Source of the DNA: Dimorphilus gyrociliatus
Lineage: Eukaryota > Animalia > Annelida
DNA: 64,000 nucleotides
Reading direction: 5' to 3'
Assembly (NCBI GenBank): GCA_904063045.1
Contig: CAJFCJ010000031.1
Location: 124,001-188,000, forward strand
Shown: piece by piece, positions 12,801 to 26,944 of the stretch
Position numbering within the stretch: the stretch's first letter is position 1
How the letters are laid out: each line of letters starts with the position of its first letter
Position numbers and translations under genes: made by a program
The notes under the pieces: generated by a model
What the model was told of the DNA's origin: nothing
Database searches by the model: none
What the model saw: only the letters and a program-made list of their open reading frames with translations

Positions 12801-15529
12801 ACTCTTTCTTAAGAGCTTTGACCATATCAAACTAAAATGAATTGTAACAGCGCAGATAGATAAATAGTTACGTTTTTCCTTTGCCCCCCTTTTCCTTTCC
12901 TTCCTTCCTTTTCTTTCTCTCTCTCACACACTCACATACATATAAATACACTGTGTCTACCCCCTTACCGATTCCTTTCTCTTTTTTTTTATCTCTCTCT
13001 CTCTCTCTCTCCTAAATATATATAGATGTAAAAAAAACAGCAGGAAAATTTTTATAAAAGGTAAAAAGTAACTTTTGATCGGTAGTTAATGCGGTTTTTT
13101 GAATTTCAAAAGGATAAAAAAAAGGGGTGAAGAGGGTAAAGGTAGTACAGAATTGTTCGGTTAAAGGTGTTTAACATATTTCTTATATTCATAAATTTGC
13201 ATAAATTAAAGAGGATTAGACTCTCTTAAAAATCTTTTTCCTTTGATTTCTTGTATTATTTAGAGATGAAAAGTCTATTAAACTCCTCGTTAAGTATACA
13301 TGTTGCGTCATACCTGTAAGAACGAACGTTTAACAATTGCAGTTAATGAAAGCAAATAGATCCTTTTTGACGCAAACATTGTACAGTAAAACGGCATTGG
13401 CCGACCTTCACCTTTACATTTTATTTCTACTGGAAGATGCTATTGAATTATGTACTGGTCAAAGGGGAACTTTATTTTGGTCAAATAATTTTAACATCTC
13501 GAAACAAACAAGATAGTGTTATCTATTAAATAAATAATACCGCACGACATATATCGTTACTACATGCGCAGGCGCATTCCATTTAATTGTATAGAGAATA
13601 TTCTTCCCCTTCCATACAATTTCCTATTGATCGTGAGCGAGTCCGTATAGAATTCGAGTTAACGTCGCTCTCGTCTATTTACGCTAAATTGTGATTCGCT
13701 GACGAATAGAAATACTTTCCAAGAGATTTAACCGCACAACATCGAACTATTTTCTTATATAATTGTATAGATTCGCCCTAGTTTTAAAACAATCGGTTAA
13801 GGGTTGTTCAATTAAGATTCGCTGATAACTAATTGCTATTAGTTAACATATCTTTAATATATTTATAGCAGATTAGATGAAAACAAATGACAAATCATAG
13901 AGAAAAAAGAGCTTCTGTTGAATATTGTTTTCACTAGAACTTCCAACAAGAATTTTAGCATATGGCCATTAAAATTCGAATATTTTTTCGATTTGTATCT
14001 ATCAATTAGATCATAATGCAAATGTTAAAGGAATATAAAGGTTAGTTTTTCTTTTAATTCCTGTTTATTCGATAAATATAAAACAGAAACGTTGACCTAC
14101 TTTAGCGCCGTTCTAAAAAACCAAAGGATATAAACAAAGGAAATTGTGAGATTTTCTTAAATAAATCCTTAGATAATTAATCAACAACTAGATAATAATA
14201 ACTTGATTAATTCTTTAATTATTATAACCCTATAACTTCCCTAATATTTCTGCTATTTTTGCATGGTAATTTGCATACAGAGGTAGATCTAGTTGTCGAA
14301 AAGGGAGGAAGGGAAGGGGAGAGCTAGGGTTGAGAGGTTGCAAAAAAAGAAAATGAAAAGAGATTAATTGTTAGAAAATAGTTCATTTACACAAAACTTA
14401 CAAAATTAATACAAGTACAGTTTGATTTATTACTAAAAATAATTAAGATTAAAATCATAAACATTTTCGTAGTTAATCCTATAAGAGTTTATTTTATCTT
14501 GGATAAGAGAAAAACGAAAATTGGTTAGAGTAACATATTGTATATTTAACGTTTTTATAGTTGGTAAATTTACAGCGAATCTGTTGGAATCTGCGTTATA
14601 TCTTTTTAATGGCTGTTTTCTTTTCTAAAGATAGTTTATGCATAATCAGGAGAGAGAGAGAGAAAAGAGCATTTTTATTTTCTATCTAACAACTGCTATA
14701 GAAGTATGATAATCAATTGTTTTTTAATGCTTCCAAATCTCTATTCAAGAGTCTTGACGAATAGGTAAATTAGCATAAGCAACGTTCGTTAAACGTATAA
14801 AACTCCTCAAAGAATCTTCTGTAGGATATATCTTGACCTACTTTCTATTTATACGAAATATTATCTATTTTATATAATATAAAATCTATACTACTTGTAT
14901 CTTCTCTTCAAAAAAGCTAAATCTTTTTAAAGAAATTCTATACCTATTTTACAAAATTGAGATTAATGACGTCGAATTTTTATTGTTCCCTATTAAAAAC
15001 CCGGCTCTGTTAATAGACAAGAAGCAAATCATATTTGCCATATAACATTGATGGCCTAACATAATTTCTATTATACATTGATAACGTATTCAAATGTAAT
15101 TATGTAAAAATTTGCATTTAGATTAACAAGGCGACACAACATAATTTAGTAATTTGTATTCATTTGATGGAAGGTTGAATAATTAAGGGGTCACTAATTT
15201 GAAGAGAACTTGTAGTGAAAGGATATGAGATAGTCGTTGTATAAATTTCTTTTTTGATTAAGCCATTTCGAATGTTATTCTTATCAATTATACACAGGGC
15301 AATAGTGTTGATATTTTGTTTAATGTTCTTGTCTAAATAGTTGGATCATTAAAAGAGTGACTGTATATGTAAGCTTCCGATTCTCTCTCTCTCTCTTCTT
15401 TGTCTCTATCTCATTAGTTGATATTCACTTTAAAATAATCCATAATTTATTTAAGTAACGCGGCGTTTGCGTTAGTTGCAATTAGAAATTGTATTTTCTA
15501 GCCAGACAACTCTACTTTTCCACAAATAT

Positions 15530-15544
15530 CCGACAGATGGCGCC
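15530..15544 (+). promoter_or_regulatory. CTCF-like site (best of several CCGACAGATGGCG-type copies)
   Basis: CCGACAGATGGCGCC resembles the CTCF core CCNNNAGRKGGCRC. Related copies at 4263(-), 5221(+), 16825(-) and 20951(+). Confidence 0.45.
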
Positions 15545-15701
15545 ACAACTACTTAAAGGCAGTTAAAAAAAGAAGTACTTTTTAAATTTTTATTTCTCTT
15601 CATTCAATAAGCTTTAAAGTATTATTTCGGAACAAACAAACAAACAAACAACAAAAACTAACAATATCTTTAAAATTAGAATTTGAAATGTTTGAAATAT
15701 T

Positions 15702-16484
15702 TCAAAAGACTGTTCTGTACTGTTGACTTTCTACTACCAAACCAGTTTGACCTTTACCATTTTTCCCACACCTCTTACTGCAGTTACCAGCAGCAACGTC
15801 CTTTATCTGTCTTTTTATTTTAACGTAAGTCTGTAAATTTCTCTGTCTTGCCGCCATCTGGTTCGGTTCTCGCCTTTTCCTTCGAACGGATCGAATGGCC
15901 GATGGTTCTCCAGCCCATTTTTTGGAACTTGCCGCACTACCGTTTAATAAAATTTTCCGACCTCGGTTTAAAGGGGGTAGAACAGGAAGCTTAGCAATCT
16001 CCTTTCTAGGTTCCTCGCGAATAGCCGTATTTTGGTAGTTGTCCTTTAAAAGAGGTTTAGTTAAAGGTATGATACTACTTTTTCTTCTTGGAAATCCTGT
16101 TAGAAAACCCCAAATAGCTTTTGGTTGGGAGGAATTTCTTCCAATACTGGGAGGTGAGTGCTCGATAGACGAGTGTTCCACATTTTCAACAACGGCTATT
16201 TGGGGGAAAAGGTGAATTTTACCGTATTCATTTTTTCTAATTGAAACTTGTTGTTGATCTTCAAGCTTTCTCTTTTTATTTTTTTCCTTATCCAGAATCT
16301 CTTTGCGTAATTTAAACGAAACTTGACGTTGTTCGTAAAGTTCGTTAAAACGTTCTCTATCCGATCTAACTTTCTCCATTGTCAAGTTTGTCAACTGTCT
16401 TTGCAACTTAACATCTTCAAGCATATTTCTATATTTAGCATTGATAAGTGACTTGAAATGCGTAGCCCAATTTAAATCGTCCAT
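15702..16484 (-). CDS. Hypothetical basic protein with N-terminal coiled coil, 260 aa
   Basis: 783-nt ATG-initiated ORF in AT-rich DNA, with heptad-rich N-terminus (LEDVKLQRQLTNLTMEKVRSDRERFNELYEQRQ). No family recognised with confidence. Confidence 0.55.
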   Translation of the reverse strand: MDDLNWATHFKSLINAKYRNMLEDVKLQRQLTNLTMEKVRSDRERFNELYEQRQVSFKLRKEILDKEKNKKRKLEDQQQVSIRKNEYGKIHLFPQIAVVENVEHSSIEHSPPSIGRNSSQPKAIWGFLTGFPRRKSSIIPLTKPLLKDNYQNTAIREEPRKEIAKLPVLPPLNRGRKILLNGSAASSKKWAGEPSAIRSVRRKRREPNQMAARQRNLQTYVKIKRQIKDVAAGNCSKRCGKNGKGQTGLVVESQQYRTVF

Positions 16485-16892
16485 TATACGAAAACAATTT
16501 ATCCAATAACTTATCGTTCTTAATCAGATACTGTCTTTTATCTTTTCAAGCGTTATATATTTCATATATTTGTACGGAATATCTTTACCCAATCTTCTTT
16601 CGAGTATAAAAAGGTGGATTAAAGTGACGAAAGTGTCAGATTATCCGTTAGCTAAAGCTTTCTTCTCAATGCGGCCTTTATAATATTGCACAAAGCTGAT
16701 TTATCGTCTTCTAATAGATCTTTCACTCGATCGTTAATCGTCTATTAGCATGAAAAGACGGTGAGAAGGAAAAAAATAAGAGTATCAGTTTAAATCTTTC
16801 GCGCTAGCGATAACTGGTGTTACCCGCCACCTGTCGAAAGGCAAAATAGTCGATGTCAGCTGCGGTGGCGAAATAAAAAAAAACATTTTTTT

Positions 16893-18167
16893 ATGGCAGA
16901 TCGGGCTGAAGCGTGTAATTTTCGCAGTCAATACTACAGCAAAGTTGATTTTAAGATAGTAGACCATAAAAAGACAGCCGAAAGATTATTTGCCGAAAGA
17001 ATCGTTGACATCCATAAACTGGAATGTTTATGCCTCCGACCCGTCACTTTAAATCATCAATATCGCTATTTGACATGGAGAGTTCTCTTAGGTAATGAAA
17101 TAGAATGAAATATATGATTGATATCTATAGATTTATGTGTTTATTTTAGGTTTACAATCGCCAGTCAGAGGGGAAACGACCGAAGAAGAATATCGAAAGA
17201 AAGAATTCGAAGATCTGTATAGAACATCACAAGAGCTTTTTAATACATCGAAAGCAGAAGATAATACTAAAAATTTATTATTATGCTATCGTTTGAAGTT
17301 TGGAACTATACCGTTCAGTTGGATAACAGATAAGAATGTTGACGAGAACCTTAGTTCCGAGGATGTTTCCTTATTAGCAATATTCTCTACAATGCTAGAA
17401 ATTAGCGAAAACCTATGTGATTCATTCTGGTTAGCTACTCGATTTTATCAATCTTCAAAGAAATTTAGAAATCAGTATGATCTTTTGGTAAATAATCTTC
17501 TTTTTTGTTGTTTATTCTATATATGTAAAAATAGAAAAAAGAACATTCTATTTTTGTTCTTTTCCCTCAAATAGATTGACAAGGTTAAAATCACTATGAG
17601 AAACGAAGACGATCAAGTCTACGAACATATTAATAGTGTAGATCTCATTGGTAATTTACCTATAAAGTTTTGGTTCTCTTCCTGTTTTGCTCAAATATTT
17701 CCCACCGCTAGTCTGGAACGAATATGGGATAAAATTATTGCTGGATCGTCAATGTTTATGGTTAATGTGACTGCTGCCTTAGTTCTCTCGTTTAGGCGGC
17801 CTCTTCTAGCCTTAAAAAGCGTCAACGATATGCTGCAGTGTTTTGAACAGGTACGTTTAGCATACGTGATCAACACGGCACGGTAAAGTGAACGGGACTA
17901 AATTCTTTATTCAATTAACAGCAACTAACCGAGAATCATGCAAATCTAGTCGTCAGCCATGCCTTAGATATGTGGAGAAAGAGTGGATTTCGTACAACTC
18001 CCATTTCAGGATCGGATTCGGTGAATCGAGTTTTATCTCAACCTGTTAGCCGCTCCATTCAAAATATCGGTAATCTAAGTTTATTTAGGAGTTTGCAAAA
18101 GCTTAACTCTTTTGTTAGAAACACATCTAAGGAAAAAGTTCGTAATTTTACTTCTCAGAGGAAATAA
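16893..18167 (+). CDS. TBC1D7: TBC1 domain family member 7 (TSC complex subunit); exons 16893-17091, 17150-17487, 17575-17850, 17922-18167
   Basis: N-terminal NFRSQYYSKVDF..DHKK, YRYLTWRVLLG, FWFSSCFAQIFP..SLERIWDKIIAGS and ANLVVSHALDMW all match recalled TBC1D7 motifs. Canonical splice sites. Confidence 0.9.
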
Positions 18168-20048
18168 GTGATGCGATTTCTCTTCTCCTTCTACTGTTTT
18201 ATTTATTTATATTTTGGGAAACTTTTTTCTTTCCTACCCTTCTCCTTCCTTCCTTTTCTTTTTTTTCTATTCCAACAAAATAGAGAGTTACGTGTATATC
18301 CTTTTTCTTTTGTGTTGTCGCCGAAGATCTGTTTTTTTTTTCTTTTTTTTCGCTAATTTACACAAAGAGTTTATATTTATTCTATTTTTTCCCCTTTTGT
18401 TTTTACTTATTTTTTAATTTCTTCTCTCAAAAGAAAAACAAAAAAGATTAGAGAAAAAATTTTCGTTTGCTCAAAGAATTTGTAATGTTTTTCTGCGTTT
18501 TTATAGAATGAGTTTACTTGGGTATGTTATAATACTGAAATTTGATATTAAATAATAAAGAAACTATTACAGAGAGTTTTAAAAAAAATATCTGATTTGT
18601 TATGTTTCGGTATTTTCTATTCATTTATTGTAAAAAGAGAAAACAAGAGAAAGAAAGAAAGAAAGAAAGAGAGAGATAGAATAGAAATGAAACAAAAGCG
18701 CTAGAGAGAAAACAACCAAGATAGGTATTTAAATATGTAATTTCATCCTATTATTATTTTTTTAAATTCTTTTATGAGATATTGTTTATAAGAGAAAAAC
18801 TTGAAGAAATTTTACACTTAAATGATAAGAAGGAATCTTTTCCGCATTTCTGATCAAATTCAACTATCAGCTTTAAATCATCAAGATTTTAAGGAATTTT
18901 TTCTTATCTTATCAAATTTTTGTTCACTTCTCATTCGAGGATTTTATATGTATTTCAACATTAAGTAAAGTAAACAAAAGTATCTTAGATAAACATAGGT
19001 TATTATTTTCTTTTAAAAGATACAATACGATTAGGTCTTTGTACGGGAATAATAAACTTTTGGATAGAAATTTTGTTATAATTACTCTTCGATCATGACA
19101 ATCTGGGGTGCATAAATTATCTTTAAATGAGTAGTAAATCAATTCATGTTAAACTATAAGAATTGATTATTGTTATTTATTGCTCAAAAAATTGTTTTAT
19201 TTGCTCTTAACCATTGTTATTTCAACGAATAACTTCCGCTTCGCTTCGCCCGTATAGTGGCTCCATCTTTATTTCCTTACCTTAAAATTCCCAGGACTCT
19301 CAAGTGATCTTACAATCTAATCACTCTTTTTCTTCGTAATCATCTCTAGATAAACCTGTTAAATAAGATATAAGCAACTATATGGAAAGCTACGTTCTCC
19401 ACCTTTCCACACATTTCCCCCTCTCTTCCTTCTAATTCTCTTTTACTTGTCAATCAAGCAACACGACCAGAGCAATTCTACTTTCAATCAAGATTGTGTT
19501 AAAAAAGTTCCGGAGTAATAGTTCTTGGCCTGATAAATGAAATAAAATTAAAACAAATGTACCCAGAATTCTATCCTTTCTCTCTCTTTTCTAGCATTAT
19601 CATTGCATTGTCTTTGGGATTGTTGGAATCTATTCATTTACGTAGGAGATAAATGATAAAAGTATTTAAGGATAGGAATTCTATAACATATTAAAGAAAT
19701 AAAACAGGTATAAGAAAGAGAGAAAGACACATAGATAGAAGGAATATGTGAATAAATGATAGAAAGAAAGTGTATAGGAATAATAATATAGAAAAAAAGA
19801 AAAAAAAAGTAGTTTAAATAAATAAGGTCTAATATGAGAGCAGAAAGAAAATTAAACAAAATAAAAACATTTAAAAACGACTAAAAATGGATTTATGTAA
19901 AGGGAATATTTGAAAATCAATTGTACATCATCTGGAACCGACATAAACACATTCCAGAAATAGTTTCTTATTCTATTTTAGATTCAACACACTACAACGT
20001 ATATATTTATATATATATAACAGTTGAATTTACTGTTCTCCCTATATA

Positions 20049-20087
<39 letters not shown>

Positions 20088-21401
20088 GGAGATCAAGCTA
20101 TATTTTTATATTCGTGTTAAAGTCATGAGGAAAGTAAAACTGATTTAAAAAAAAAAATAGACATAAGGAACGCTAAGTATAAACAAAGATAATACATCTG
20201 TACTGCAAATATATAGTCTTTACTATACGTTATATTGATATATATGTATAGTATATTTATAATGAATATTTGAAAATTGTATAGTCTTTATACTACATGC
20301 ACTACAAGATTGCATGAAAGAGTCAATTTTGTACCACTCTAATCTATATTGCACAGATAAAAGACAGAAAAACGTTTGTATATTTTTACATAAGGAGACA
20401 TATGTTTATATATATATACTGTATATATGTTGCACATAGTATCCATAGCAGATTATAGCTTACTACGTGAAAAGGAAAGAATATCTTTTAAAAGTTTAGT
20501 AAGATTAGATATCACGAATGATAAACACGATTCTGAAATAGGTTAAAAATAGCAGAGAATGGCTTTTCATGCAATACATCGTAATCAGAAAGTCTAGGAT
20601 ATTAATTAACTTTACCACCGTTTTTTTTCATTAGTATGGACAGCTTACCCTGAATTTACTTTAATTGTACAATGTTCTATATATACATACATAGTAGTAT
20701 TATATTCTATCTGTTTATACACATGTGCGTTTATGCCTACGTATACATTTACTAGTCGCTTTATAGAAAATTGAAAAATCGTAGAGTGTACATTCAAAAT
20801 ACTAATTTTCTTTTAAATGCTTACTTTGCATAATTTATAGTTAACAACATATTGAATTAAATACACCTACATCTTTCTAAAAAGAATTTTTGTCAGTGTT
20901 TTCAATAGACCCTATTTGAATAATTATTCACTAATATTGTAATTAATAACCCGACAGATGGCACACGTTATTCATTAATTGTTGATTTTGCATAATTTTA
21001 TTTATGAAAGAGCTTTTATCATTTTTCCATCTACTGGACCAGTATTTATTAATAGTACAATGTTATATATATATATATATATTGTATATTGTATACTATA
21101 AATGTACTATGTATATACTGTATAATAAGTCTAAAGGGTAAATTAGACACTCAGGTAGGAGTCAATTAACTGAATTAATGAAGTTAACTCGGTATTTTAT
21201 ATCTCTTTTCTGCGAAATTAACAGGAGAGTTCATTAACTTTTTTTAAAAGATACTGAAATTCGATTTTATATTTTAATCTTAGCATTAATTAAATGAAGT
21301 TATACATTACAAGGTTTATAAGAGAGGGAAGGCAGTTTCATCTTCTTAATTCACTTGTTAACTAGGTAATTTAAATATGTACATACATCTATATATATAT
21401 A

Positions 21402-21446
21402 TATACAGTATATATAAATTTATATATACTGTATACAGTATATATA
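21402..21446. repeat. Overlapping perfect palindromes built from TACAGTA units
   Basis: 21402-21435 is a perfect 34-bp palindrome. 21421-21446 is a second, overlapping 26-bp palindrome. Confidence 0.9.
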
Positions 21447-24400
21447 GTACCTTCACGCATGCATACAATTTTGCCCTATAAAATAATAGGATGCAGAATT
21501 AGAGGATAGAAATGAAGATAATGATTGTTATATTTAAACTTAGAGAATACAAGATATATAATAATAATCTTTGTATATTTCTCTATGTTTAAACATCTAG
21601 AATTTTATCAATAGAGAATAGGAAAAACTCCAAGAATAGAATCAATTTATGCATGAGGTATATATATATAAATTTCTATCACCTATTTTTGACATGGAGA
21701 GGAAACGGAAAGTTTCTTTTGTAAACAGTATATAATTTTATAAAAGATTAACGTTCAATTATACTTATATCTATACATCATAAATTCAGCGTATGTGTTA
21801 CAATTTTCAAAGAAACCTATATATTTCTATCATTCTTTATCCCCTCTTTCCCCTCTTACTTTCCCTTTCTCTTGTAATTCTTTCCTCTCTCTCTGTCTCT
21901 CGATTCTTTCTTTTCATCTTTTTGAAAAAAACCTTCATATTATATTATGTTTTCTATATTCTCTTGTTTTATCGAGCGGAAATCAGTTTTTTTTTTGGTG
22001 AATATGTTTATTAGCGAATTATGATAAATATATGCATTTTTTTTGTGTAGGCGGCATATGGAATCTTTTGAAGGTGTTTTTAAAGAAACTATTAAGTAAG
22101 ATGACTACCTTAAATATAATTATGAAATCTCTGTACAAGGTCAATTTTTTAACAATTGAACCTTTAGAAGAAATCTTCTATTCATAAGAAACCAGATGGC
22201 GATAGTTGGAAAGAAATATTGACATTTACTAATTTTAAATTGCTGTCGGCCCGAAAAATTCAGTGACCCGAACCAAATTTTTTACACATTATACAGTATC
22301 TATGTTTATTAACTTAAAATGATCAAGGGGAGTGTATCTCCTTGAAAAAAAATTGAAAGAATCTCTATCAAAGAGAATAATTTCGTTAAAAATATCTTTA
22401 TCTTCTGCGCATTAAAAATTGCTAGAATCAACAATATATTAAAATTTAATTTACAAATATACAAACAAACAGATAGACAAACAAATATGGAGTTTATGTT
22501 TTAAAGTGAGAAAGATAGAGAGAGAGAGAGAGAGAGAAGAAGAAGAAGAAAAAGAGCAAAGAGAAATTGGTATATATAAATATAGAGTCGCACAGTAAAA
22601 CACAGGACGACATAAGGATAAAATAAGTCTAAAAGAAGTATCCCATTGTCGCATAGAAAAAATAGGCTAACCTTTAAGAAGCAAGATTAACGAATATATA
22701 TTATCGTTTTTCTTTTTAATTTGGGTTAAGAGTAGCATCAGGGGAAGGGAAGAAATTAAGAATCGTTATTCTTAATTTTAGGTGAATAGTATAGTGCTTG
22801 TTTATGTTTGTTTTGTGAGTACTATATAAGTGCATATAAGAAAACAATATACACGATCATATATAAGAAAAAGTGTATATATGCATAACAAGTAACAATA
22901 TATCATGGTTGGATGGTTTAATATTTCATTTTTGTCAATCTAGGTTCATTGAACTGGTCAGAACTGATAGAGTAATCAACGAAATTAAGTTCTTTTAATG
23001 ATAGTCAATTTAAAAATTTATATATATATATTCTATCTATCTATCTATCTCTCTCTCTCTCTCTCTCTCTCTCACTCAGAATAACTCAAGATTGCACTTT
23101 TTTCAACTTTAACTTTACCACTTAATATCTTTAATAATTGATTTAACGTCATCTTAAAATGTTATAAAATTACACGTTCTGAATATATACAGTATATATA
23201 GTTTATTTAAAAAAAAAAGAAGCAGGAATATACTCTATAGTTTGTCGTCACAACACGAGTTTGTCTTTCTAAAAAGAAAAAAAAATGAGAAAAATAATAA
23301 TAGCCAAACAAACATATGCAAATCTTGATTATTAATTATTAGCAGTGTTAGTTAAAGTTTTCTCTTTTTAAGTTTTTTTCCTCTGTATTGGGAAGAGATA
23401 AAAAAATATAAGAGATGGAGAAAATTAAGCCTATAAGAGCAGGATGTAAATTGATACTGTGATGGAAAATTAACTAAAGAAAAATCTTCATTTATTTGTA
23501 TGTGTTGTATATTATATATATACTGTATACATACACACATATATATATATATATATATATATCTTTTTTTTTACTCAAATCTTCAAAAACAAGTATACAT
23601 AGGCTTAAAGAAACTTTGAAAATGATTTAATTAAATAAATTCAAGTACAATTCATGTTTATTATGACTAATCAGCAATCTTTTAACCTGACATGTGGTTT
23701 ATTTTAATACTAAGGAATATTTAGACTATTCTCTTTTATATCTTGTATGATTTTCCTCTAGTATAATAAGGCTATAATATGATTCTAAAAGGCATTGTGT
23801 GATATCAATATACCTAAGTAATACAAATGTTATCCATTGTTATTGATCGAATTTTTACCAGATGTTGAAACAAATGTCTATTTTATTGCGACATTTCACT
23901 GAATGAAAAGGATAAAATAGTCTTCCTCGATTATCGTAAAAGAATAGCCAATTTTCATTTTTCAAGTAAAATCCCTTATTAGAATTAAAGATTAAAAACT
24001 CTTTATCATTATCAACGCAGTTTGTGATTTTGACAAGTCTAAGGGACGTCGACGTCATTTGTTTTCCAAAATATTTTTTTTCCGCATATGTCTAAGACAT
24101 ATTGATGATATTTTGGAAAAGGAAACGAATGATAAAGATGATAAATAGGAGGGATGAGAGAAAGAGTGAAAGGGTTCTGGATAGCGGATAATAAAAGAAG
24201 AATATTACAGAATTTATTTTTATTAACAATTTTTAATTAGCTTAGATTAATTCAAAAGCAAATCGCGAACGAATTAAAGAGAGGACTGCTGCTGTTTTAC
24301 TAAGTAGAATTGCAGTTGACGTATATATATATATATATATATATACATATATACTGTATGACAGCACTATAGACTGACATTTAGTCAAATAAACATTCCA

Positions 24401-25248
24401 TATCTAATAGGATTAATTTTTTCATAAAAAATAAACATAAAAACCTTGTCAAATTAAAATAAAATTTTTTAATTCATTTTTGTTTTTATTAAAAAAATAA
24501 TAAAACAGAAATTTTTCTAACTTTTTTCTAATTAATTTCTATAATTTAGATTAAAAAGAATTAGAGATAAAGAAAAGCTTCTAAAATGATTAAATTTTTA
24601 ATGCAAATTTTATAGAATATATATATATATATACTGCATATTACAGTATATGAAAAAATCTATTGTATATATACTGTAATATTCATTGTATGAGACGTAT
24701 AATAAAGAAATATATAGAAAAAGTATAGAAAGATTAAAAATACTTGGAAATGAATTAAAAAGTGCATTATCTAAAAAATTATTATATTAATAAATAGATA
24801 AACTAAAAACTCGCATTATTTATAATTAATAACAAATTACGAATAAATTGCGGTATTAACGAATAATATAAATAGAATTGCGCCATAGTAAAAGGTTATA
24901 AAGACAATTGATTAAGTTTTAATTTATTATATACATCGCTTCATATATAAATATGCATTGTGTATATTTTACCTATAAATAGCATCCATGAACTATAGAA
25001 TATAAATATTGTATTATATATTAATGTATTATAGTAAAGCATATTCTAAAATATGAATTGTTTTCTATTTATAGATGGTTTTCATTTTTTTTTTAAATAA
25101 AATCATAAAAAAGATAAAGGAAATGACTAAATGGTTCGTTTAACGATCTGTGAAAAAATTGACCGTTAGTGACGGAAATGAGCAGAGGAAGAGAAATGAG
25201 CGCTAGAAAATATAAATTTTTTCATTTCTATCTCTCTATCTATTCATT

Positions 25249-25279
25249 CATCCATCCATCCATCCATCCATCCATCCAT
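25249..25279. repeat. (TCCA)n tetranucleotide microsatellite
   Basis: Direct reading: catccatccatccatccatccatccatccat. Confidence 0.9.
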
Positions 25280-26904
25280 TCCTCTCTCTCCCTTCCTCTC
25301 TTGCTATATCTGTTTTTGTGCTTGCTCACATACGCTCTCTCTCATCCAATTTTCCTTCTTTATTTTCCTTCAACAATCTATTTCCTTTTACTCATCCTTT
25401 TCCTTATTCAAAAAACCCTCTTCCTTTGTTTTTCTATTGCCAAATTGTTGAGTTCATTCCTAAATTTTCTTCACTTTTACCAACTTCCTATTACACCGCC
25501 CGCGCCCCCTCTCCCCATCCCTCGTCTCTCTCTCTCTCTCTCTCTTTCCTTTGGAGAACAATTGTCTTTATCTGACAGGAAAACACCAAAAATAAAACCA
25601 ATTCTCTGTCGTGTACTGTATTTTGAGTACGTACAGTTTTTTTTCTCCCGCAACATATCCTTTTGCTAGTTGTTTCTATTCTATGTCCACACAGTTCATT
25701 TTATATAGCTCTAAAAGATCTTATTGTTCCTCCGTATAATTACAGATATATAATATATTAATTAGACCATAAGAGACTAAAACCATACTTTTTAATAATA
25801 TATTTTTATCTTTTGAATTGTGTCGGCTAAAATTATTATGAATAAAAAAAAGCCTCTTTAAAAAAGGTATGATTAGACCTTGTTTGTCGATTAATATTGT
25901 TTGTCATTTTATTTTTAAAAAAAAAATATATATATTATTTTTCTAGTAAAACAATCACGATTATTTTAAAAAAGGTCTGTCAAAGCAAGAAAAGAGAGAG
26001 AGAGAGAGAGAGAAAAAAAATTAAAAATTACGTGTTGTTTGTCAATTTTGTATTGATAATTTTTTGATAGAATGGTAGCAAAATACAATATATATTGTAT
26101 ATAATTTAATAATTTCTCTTTAATATATACAGTATATTACTATGATTTATACGAAAATAGATTTATTAATATTTCAATATTCGTTTGGTTCAAAAAAAAA
26201 GGAAAATTCCTGTAAATATATACAGTATACGAGTTTTTAGTACACATTTTTTTTTCATTTTACAACACGTTTTCCTGAATTTATTTGTAATTGATGATAA
26301 AATAATAAATATGACCTAAATTCTTGAGTTCCTTCCTGATGCCCTTTTACTGAATGTTATTAAAAAATACCATATCTTTATAGTAATGAAAATACAATAT
26401 ATACTATACAGTATAAAGTATTAACTCAAAACAAAGCAATTACAATTATAAACATTCAATAGTAATTTAGTCCTATAAAAATAAATATTAATAACACTCT
26501 TTTTCAGCATATCAAACATGTTATCTTTAATCTAATCAGATGAAAAGTATAAATTTTTTACAAACTCTAAATTGAGTTACAAAATATAAGCTATTATGAT
26601 TTTCTTTATTAAGTGATACGAGAGAGGGAGAGAAAGAGTGAAAGAGAGAGAGAGAGAGAGAGAAATATGCTGAATAGTGTATATATATAAGTAGAAATAT
26701 TACACTGAAAATTGTATGCCTAGAATTAATTTATCATAAAAAGAGCCCTTATTTTTCTAAACAAACTCTATTAATGACAAACTACAATTTTGTAAATTGA
26801 GTAAGAAAATATATTACACACTTAAAGTTTGAATTTGTCAACTCTTCTTTCTCTTCTTAATGTTCTTTTAATATATACTTTAAAGCTTCTTTTACAAGGA
26901 CACA

Positions 26905-26944
<40 letters not shown>

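Noticed and set aside
19281-19529. Two minus-strand segments with splice-like borders (19529-19447, 19355-19281), a possible lncRNA
   Set aside because: All frames are closed and GT/AG pairs are common in such DNA. No independent support.
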